From positions 1 through 64,000 of the forward strand of contig UYFQ01000057.1 in assembly GCA_900617105.1 (NCBI GenBank): DNA of 64,000 nucleotides, read 5' to 3'. Origin of the DNA: Hydrurus foetidus (taxonomy: Eukaryota). A program made the position numbers and the translations under genes. Each line of letters begins with the position of its first letter. Within the stretch, counting starts at the first letter, position 1. Below are positions 57,939 to 64,000 of the stretch, in pieces. The notes beneath the pieces were generated by a model, which was given only the letters and a program-made list of their open reading frames with translations, was not told the origin of the DNA and did not search any database.

Positions 57939-59120
57939 ATGCAGATATCGACCCGCGCAAAGAACATTGAGCCGTTTTATGTGATGGAGGTGGCCAAGGC
58001 CGCTTCCGCCCTAGGCGCCCAGGTGGCGCACACCGACACGCCTATGGTGTTTCTGAACATCGGCGAGCCCGACTTCACCGCCCCTCCGCTGGTGCAAGAA
58101 GCCGCACAACGCGCGGTACAGCACGGCCACTCCCAGTACACCGCCGCCACCGGCCTGCCGCAGTTGCGTGAGCGCATCAGCGCTTGGTACGCCAGTCGAT
58201 TTGGCGTGCAAGTGCCAGCGAGCCGCATTGTGGTCACGGCGGGCGCATCTGCCGCACTGCACCTGGCCTGTATGGCACTCATCGAGTCCGGCGACGAAAT
58301 CTTGATGCCCGATCCCAGCTACCCCTGCAACCGCCACTTTGTGAGTGCGGCCGAGGGCAAGGCGGTGCTGATTCCCACCACGGCCGAAGAGCGATTCCAG
58401 CTCAGCGCCGCCAAGGTGGAGGCGGCCTGGGGTCCACGCACGCGCGGCGTGCTGCTGGCATCGCCCTCCAACCCCACCGGCACATCGATTCACCCTGACG
58501 AGTTGCGCCGCATCCACCAGGTGGTGCAGTCGCGCGGTGGCATCACGCTGGTGGACGAGATCTACCTGGCGCTGAGCTTCGATGCCCAGTACGGCCAGAC
58601 CGCGTTGGCGCTGGACGACAACATCATCAGCATCAACAGCTTCAGCAAGTACTTCAACATGACCGGCTGGCGCCTGGGCTGGATGGTGGTGCCCGAAGTG
58701 CTGGTGCCCGTGGTGGAACGCCTGGCGCAAAACCTGTTCATCTGCCCCAGCACCATTGCTCAGCATGCCGCCCTGGCCTGCTTTGAAGACGCCAGCATTG
58801 CGCTGTACGAGCAGCGCCGCGCCGAGTTCAAAGCACGCCGTGATTACTTTATCCCGCAGCTCAATGCGCTGGGCCTCAAGGTACCAGTGATGCCCGATGG
58901 CGCTTTTTACGCCTGGGCCGATTGCTCGGAACTTTGCCGCAAGCTAGGGATCAAGGACAGCTGGGACTTTGCCTTTGAAGTGATGAACCGCGCCCACGTG
59001 GCCACCACACCGGGGCGAGACTTTGGTACTGCGCAAACCGCGCAGTTTGTGCGCTTCTCCACCGCCAGTTCAATGAAACAATTGGAAACAGCGATTGCCC
59101 GCATCCGTGCGATGCTTTGA
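57939..59120 (+). CDS. Class I/II PLP-dependent aminotransferase
   Basis: IGEPDF, SPSNPTG, DEIY, SFSKYFNMTGWRLG. Confidence 0.95.
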   Translation: MQISTRAKNIEPFYVMEVAKAASALGAQVAHTDTPMVFLNIGEPDFTAPPLVQEAAQRAVQHGHSQYTAATGLPQLRERISAWYASRFGVQVPASRIVVTAGASAALHLACMALIESGDEILMPDPSYPCNRHFVSAAEGKAVLIPTTAEERFQLSAAKVEAAWGPRTRGVLLASPSNPTGTSIHPDELRRIHQVVQSRGGITLVDEIYLALSFDAQYGQTALALDDNIISINSFSKYFNMTGWRLGWMVVPEVLVPVVERLAQNLFICPSTIAQHAALACFEDASIALYEQRRAEFKARRDYFIPQLNALGLKVPVMPDGAFYAWADCSELCRKLGIKDSWDFAFEVMNRAHVATTPGRDFGTAQTAQFVRFSTASSMKQLETAIARIRAML

Positions 59121-59141
59121 CCCCTCACGCCGCAACCACCA

Positions 59142-59834
59142 ATGAACCAAGACCTCTCCATTCTCCATTTGGTACTCAACGCCAGCCTCGTGGTGCAAGC
59201 CGTGATGCTGCTGCTGATGGTGGTGTCCATCACCAGCTGGGCCGCCATCTTCCGCAAGCTGTTTGCACTGAACCGGGTCAAGGCCCAGAACGAGGCCTTT
59301 GAACGCGATTTCTGGTCTGGCTCCAGCCTGAACGACCTGTTCACCGTGGCCAGCAAAAACGCCCACCAGGGCGGCCCGATGGAGCGCATTTTTGCCAGCG
59401 GCATGCGCGAATTCCAGAAACTGCGCGAACGCCGCATCACCGATGTGGGCACCCTGATGGACGGCGCACGCCGCGCCATGCGCGCCAGCTTCCAGCGCGA
59501 GATGGACGAGGTGGAAAGCAATCTGTCCTTCCTCGCGTCGGTGGGCTCGGTCTCTCCGTATGTGGGCCTGTTCGGCACGGTGTGGGGCATCATGCATGCC
59601 TTCACTGGCTTAGCGTCTCTGCAGCAAGTCACGCTGTCCACCGTGGCCCCCGGCATTGCCGAGGCGCTGGTAGCCACGGCCATTGGCCTGTTTGCCGCCA
59701 TCCCTGCGGTGGTGGCCTACAACCGCTTTGCGCGCGACCTGGACCGCATCTCCATCCACCAGGAAACCTTCATTGAAGAGTTTTCCAACATCCTGCAGCG
59801 CAACGTCAGCGCCCAGGGCAGCGCACCGCGCTAA
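59142..59834 (+). CDS. tolQ: TolQ
   Basis: SPYVGLFGTVWGIM, APGIAEALVATAIGL. Confidence 0.96.
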   Translation: MNQDLSILHLVLNASLVVQAVMLLLMVVSITSWAAIFRKLFALNRVKAQNEAFERDFWSGSSLNDLFTVASKNAHQGGPMERIFASGMREFQKLRERRITDVGTLMDGARRAMRASFQREMDEVESNLSFLASVGSVSPYVGLFGTVWGIMHAFTGLASLQQVTLSTVAPGIAEALVATAIGLFAAIPAVVAYNRFARDLDRISIHQETFIEEFSNILQRNVSAQGSAPR

Positions 59835-59857
59835 CGCACGCACAGGAGCACTGACCC

Positions 59858-60304
59858 ATGCCCGCTGTAGCTGGCCGCGGCCGAGGCCGTCGCACCATCA
59901 ATGAGATCAACATGGTGCCCTTCATCGATGTGATGCTGGTGCTGTTGATCATCTTCATGGTGACGGCCCCGCTGATCACCCCCAGCATGATTGACCTGCC
60001 CAGTGTGGGCAAGGCGTCACGCCAGCCCGACCAGATCATCCAGATCGTCATCGGCAAGAACGATGCCTTGGAGATGAAGGTGAAAGAGCAAACCACCCCG
60101 CTGGTGCTAGGCGACCTGGCCGCCGCCGTGAAACGTGCACAGGGGGGCGCCCAGGGTGCCAAAGACGGTGTGGCGGCTGCCGGCTCCGCCGTGGTCATCA
60201 GCGCAGACAAATCGGTGAAGTACGAGAGCGTGGTCAAGGTCATGGACACCTTGCAGCGCGCCGGCATCCTGCGCGTGGGCCTGTCCGTGCAACTGGCCAA
60301 CTGA
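59858..60304 (+). CDS. tolR: TolR
   Basis: EINMVPFIDVMLVLLIIFMVTAP. Confidence 0.94.
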   Translation: MPAVAGRGRGRRTINEINMVPFIDVMLVLLIIFMVTAPLITPSMIDLPSVGKASRQPDQIIQIVIGKNDALEMKVKEQTTPLVLGDLAAAVKRAQGGAQGAKDGVAAAGSAVVISADKSVKYESVVKVMDTLQRAGILRVGLSVQLAN

Positions 60305-60314
60305 CGCAAGGGCC

Positions 60315-61289
60315 ATGCAACCCAGCCGCCAACATCTGGAATTTGCGCCACCGCACTCGCCGGGCATGCTGCGCGCGCTGGCGTTGGCCATTGCTGCGCA
60401 CCTGGTGCTGGTCTTCATTCTGGCCGTGGGCGTGGCGTGGAAGCGTGAAACACCCCCCAGCACCGTAGAAGCCGAGCTGTGGGCCAGCATTCCGGTGGAG
60501 GCAGCGCCACCGCCGCCCGAGCCCCAAGCTGAACCCGATCCCGAACCTGCACCACCTCTGCCCGTACCTCCCACGCCTCGCCCAGCCCCGCCGCCCGACA
60601 CACCTAGCCAGGCCGACATTGCGCTGGCCAAGGAAAAGGCGCGCGTGCTGAAGGAGAAGGAACAGCAGAAGTTAGAGCTGGAGCAAGAGCGCAAGCTGCA
60701 GGAGAAGCAGCAAAAGGACAAGTTGCAAAAAGAGAAGCTGGAGAAAGACAGACTCCAGAAGGCCAAGGACGCGAAAGAGAAAGACGCCAAGGAGAAACTG
60801 GCGCGCGACAAGGCCGAGAAAGACAAAGCGGACAAAGCCAAGACGGCTGACGCCGACAAACAGAAGGCCGCCAAACAGGCCCTGGAAGACGCCAAGCGAC
60901 TTGAAGAGTCTCGTGCGGCACAGCTCAAACGCATGGCAGCACTGGCCGGAGGCGCCACTGGCAGCGGTGACAGCAATGCGGCGGGTTCTGCGGCCAAAAG
61001 TGCCGGGCCCGGGGCCAGCTACTTTGGACGGGTGGCCGCACGCATCAAGCCCAACGTCACCTACACCGACATCATCACCGGCAACCCCACCACCGAGATC
61101 GAGGTAACGCTTGGCGCCGGAGGCGACATTCAGAGTAAGCGCTTCGTCAAACGCAGCGGTAACAAGGCCTGGGACGATGCGGCCATGAATGCCATCGAGA
61201 AGACCGACCGGCTACCCTTGGACAACGGCAAAGTCTGGTCACCCATGACCATTGTGTTGTCACCACAGACCTTGTTGGGTGGCCCATAA
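60315..61289 (+). CDS. tolA: TolA
   Basis: N-terminal TM with His, Pro-rich then Lys/Glu/Ala helix, TonB-C-like end. Confidence 0.92.
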   Translation: MQPSRQHLEFAPPHSPGMLRALALAIAAHLVLVFILAVGVAWKRETPPSTVEAELWASIPVEAAPPPPEPQAEPDPEPAPPLPVPPTPRPAPPPDTPSQADIALAKEKARVLKEKEQQKLELEQERKLQEKQQKDKLQKEKLEKDRLQKAKDAKEKDAKEKLARDKAEKDKADKAKTADADKQKAAKQALEDAKRLEESRAAQLKRMAALAGGATGSGDSNAAGSAAKSAGPGASYFGRVAARIKPNVTYTDIITGNPTTEIEVTLGAGGDIQSKRFVKRSGNKAWDDAAMNAIEKTDRLPLDNGKVWSPMTIVLSPQTLLGGP

Positions 61290-61301
61290 GGCTGCGCAAA
61301 A

Positions 61302-61347
61302 CGCTACACTTTTAGTAGCTGCCCGCGCATACTCCACGCGGGCTAGC
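61302..61347 (+). repeat. 46-bp dispersed repeat
   Basis: CGCTACACTTTTAGTAGCTGCCCGCGCATACTCCACGCGGGCTAGC, between convergent tolA and dnaE. Confidence 0.8.
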
Positions 61348-61361
61348 GGCCTATTTCACCC

Positions 61362-64000
61362 TCAATCGTAGGCGATAGCCGCCTTACCCTGGAACGCTTG
61401 AGAACGCCAGCTGGCCAGCGCGGCGTCGCTGGGGAAGAACTTGGCGGCCTCGCCCAAATGCAGCTCCGCCAACGAGCCGGCAATGTCATCCCCATCTGCA
61501 GCGGCGCAATGCACTTGCAGGCGCACGGCCAGGCCGCGCACCAGTTCACCTTGCTCTGATATTTCGCGTTCGGCGGGAAACTCCTTCAGCATGGCAGGCA
61601 CATCGGGCGCGCGTTGCTGGCCATCGAGCTGCACCGCCACGCGCAGGTACTTGCCAAAGCGGCAACGCGCCTGCTCCAGGCTCCATATCTGCTGCACCGT
61701 GAACTGCATGCCGCCCGAGAAGCGGTCGGGTTGGGCCTTGCCCATGACCACGATCAACTCGTCGTCTTTCAGCAGGTTTTTGTGCGCGTTGATCAGCGTC
61801 TCGTCGGCGCGTGCCTCGATGGCGGCGGATTTGTCGTCCAGCTTGAACAGCGCCAGCTTGCCGCGGTTGCCGTTGATGACCCGCATGTCGGTCACGATCC
61901 CGGCCAGCAGCTGGGGTTCGCGGGTGTCCATCAGCTCCTCGATGGGGCGCTTGGCAAAGCGGCGCACCTCCAGTGCCACCGCATCAAACAAATGGCCGGA
62001 CAGGTAAAAGCCCACAGCAGTTTTTTCCTGGGTCAGGCACTCTTTCACGCCCCAGGGCATGGTCTCTACCAAGGCTGGTTCCTGGGTGCTCGGCGGCAAC
62101 GATGGTCGTGCGCTGCGCTGCGCCCAAGTCAATCCAGAGCCATGCGCGGTGATGTGGCGTTCGCCAACGCTGGCCTGCAGCAAAGTCAAACGTCGCGCTC
62201 CAGCCGTGGCACGCCACCAGCAAGCGGCGCGGTGCGACTTGTTGAAGCCATAGCCCGCGAACTTCTCCATCAAGTCGAAAATCTCGTCAGCCTTGGCCTC
62301 GTTGATGTCGTTCTTGGCTGCGCCCACGCGGAAGATGGCGCGGTGCTCGGCCATCTCTTCGGCCTTCTTCTTGCCCATGGCGCGGCGCAGCATGTCGGCA
62401 CCGCCCAGCGAGTAGCCGCCCAGGATCTGCGCGGTCTGCATCACCTGCTCCTGGTAGACCATGATGCCGTAGGTCTCCGACAGCATCTCGGCCACCAGCG
62501 GGTGCGGGTACTCAATCACCTCTTTGCCGTGCTTGCGTGCCACAAAGCTGGGGATCAGGTCCATGGGGCCCGGGCGGTACAGCGCGTTCAGCGCAATCAG
62601 GTCTTCCAGGCGTGTTGGCTTGGCGTCGCGCAGCATGCCCTGCATGCCGCGGCTTTCAAACTGGAACACGGCTTCGGTCTTACCGTCTGAAAACAGCTTG
62701 TAGGTAGGCGTGTCGTCGAGCGGGATGTTCTCGAACGCAAAATTCTCCTGCCCGCGTGGCGGGCGCGGATAAACTCACGCGCGATTTCCAGAATCGTCAA
62801 CGTGGCCAGGCCCAAGAAGTCGAACTTCACCAGGCCAATGGCTTCCACGTCGTCCTTGTCGTACTGACTGACGGCTGACTCGCTGCCGGGCTGCTGGTAC
62901 AGCGGGCAAAAGTCGGTCAGCTTGCCCGGCGCAATCAGCACGCCCCCGGCGTGCATGCCGATGTTGCGGGTCATGCCTTCGAGCTTGCGGGCCATTTCCA
63001 GCAGGGTCTTAACGTCTTCTTCCTTGGCTTCGCGCTCCGCCAGGAGGGGCTCGGCCTCGCTGGCGTAGATGTACTTGTCGTTCTTCTTGCCGTCGGTGGG
63101 CGGTAGTTGCAATGTGACGTTGGTGCCGGGCTTGTTGGGGATGAGCTTGCTGATGCCATCGCAAAACATATAGGGCATGTCCAGCACCCGGCCCACATCG
63201 CGGATCACCCCGCGCGCCGCCATGGTGCCAAAGGTGGCAATCTGGCTCACGGCATCCTTGCCGTACTTGGCTTTCACATAGTCAATCACCAGGTTGCGGT
63301 TGGTCTGGCAAAAGTCGATGTCGAAGTCGGGCATGGACACCCGCTCGGGGTTCAGGAAGCGCTCGAACAGCAGGTTGTATTGCAGCGGGTCCAGGTCGGT
63401 GATCTTCAGCGAATACGCCACCAGCGAACCCGCACCCGAGCCCCGGCCTGGCCCCACCGGGCAGCCGTTGTTCTTGGCCCAGTTGATGAAGTCCCCCACG
63501 ATCAGAAAGTAACCGGGGAAACCCATCTTCAGGATGGTGCCAATCTCAAACTCCAGACGCGCCACATAGCGCGGCATCTCGGCCTCGCGCTTGGCTGCAT
63601 CGGGGTACAGGTGCGCCATGCGGTCCTTGAGCCCCTCAAACGAGGCATAGCGGAAGTACGCTTCCGGCGTCATGCGCTCGCCATTGACCAGGGGCGTCGG
63701 AAACTCCGGCAGGTAGTTTTTGCCCAGCACCAGCGTCAGGCTGCAGCGCTTGGCAATCTCCCGCGTGTTGGCAATGGCCGAGGGGATGTCGGCAAACAGC
63801 GCTTCCATCTGCGCCGCGCTCTTGTAGTACTGCTCGCGCGTGAAGCGGCGCACCCGCTTGGGGTTGCTCAGAATCTCGCCATCGGCAATGCAGACGCGCG
63901 CCTCATGCGCCTCAAAGTCATCGGGCTCGGTGAACTGGATGGGGTGTGTGGCCACCACAGGCAGCATCATGCGGGCGGCCAGTTGCACCGTGGCCACCAC
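61362..64000 (-). CDS. dnaE: DNA polymerase III alpha subunit (5' end outside the window); frameshifted and internally damaged as given
   Basis: [40 protein letters not shown] and OB-fold C-terminus, split over two ORFs. Confidence 0.93.

Noticed and set aside
60600..60940. Low-complexity AAG/GAG repeats
   Set aside because: These encode the normal Lys/Glu/Ala-rich helical domain of TolA.

Overview
This window is GC-rich betaproteobacterial chromosome; gene content and repeats suggest Comamonadaceae, which is an inference. From left to right it holds: the end of an integrative element (xis-like HTH gene and tyrosine integrase) at a tRNA-Cys/Gly/Gly cluster; lon-clpX-clpP-tig and tRNA-Leu; an RND pump; hpnC/hpnD/hpnE; a TetR/ABC1-kinase cluster; an acylase, a HAD hydrolase and hemH. 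It continues with modABC/modE, a sigma54-controlled liv-type ABC cluster, tctABC/DE, ribBA-ribH-nusB, tolQRA and a visibly damaged dnaE. The most unusual part is 26.7-34.7 kb, an integron cassette array with an attI-like site, 11 complete attC sites and one partial one, but no intI next to it. The array carries three near-identical copies of a 631-bp, apparently gene-less, hairpin-rich cassette. It also carries an IS1182-family element inserted exactly at the attC GTT crossover triplet, a relic end of a related IS at the same position of the last attC, and a BrnT/BrnA cassette with a frameshifted toxin. A 46-bp dispersed repeat family occurs at least 7 times, twice in-frame inside hpnC and hpnE. 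Several single-base frameshifts and a garbled dnaE segment suggest that some lesions may be sequencing or assembly errors. All family assignments are by eye, without database searches.
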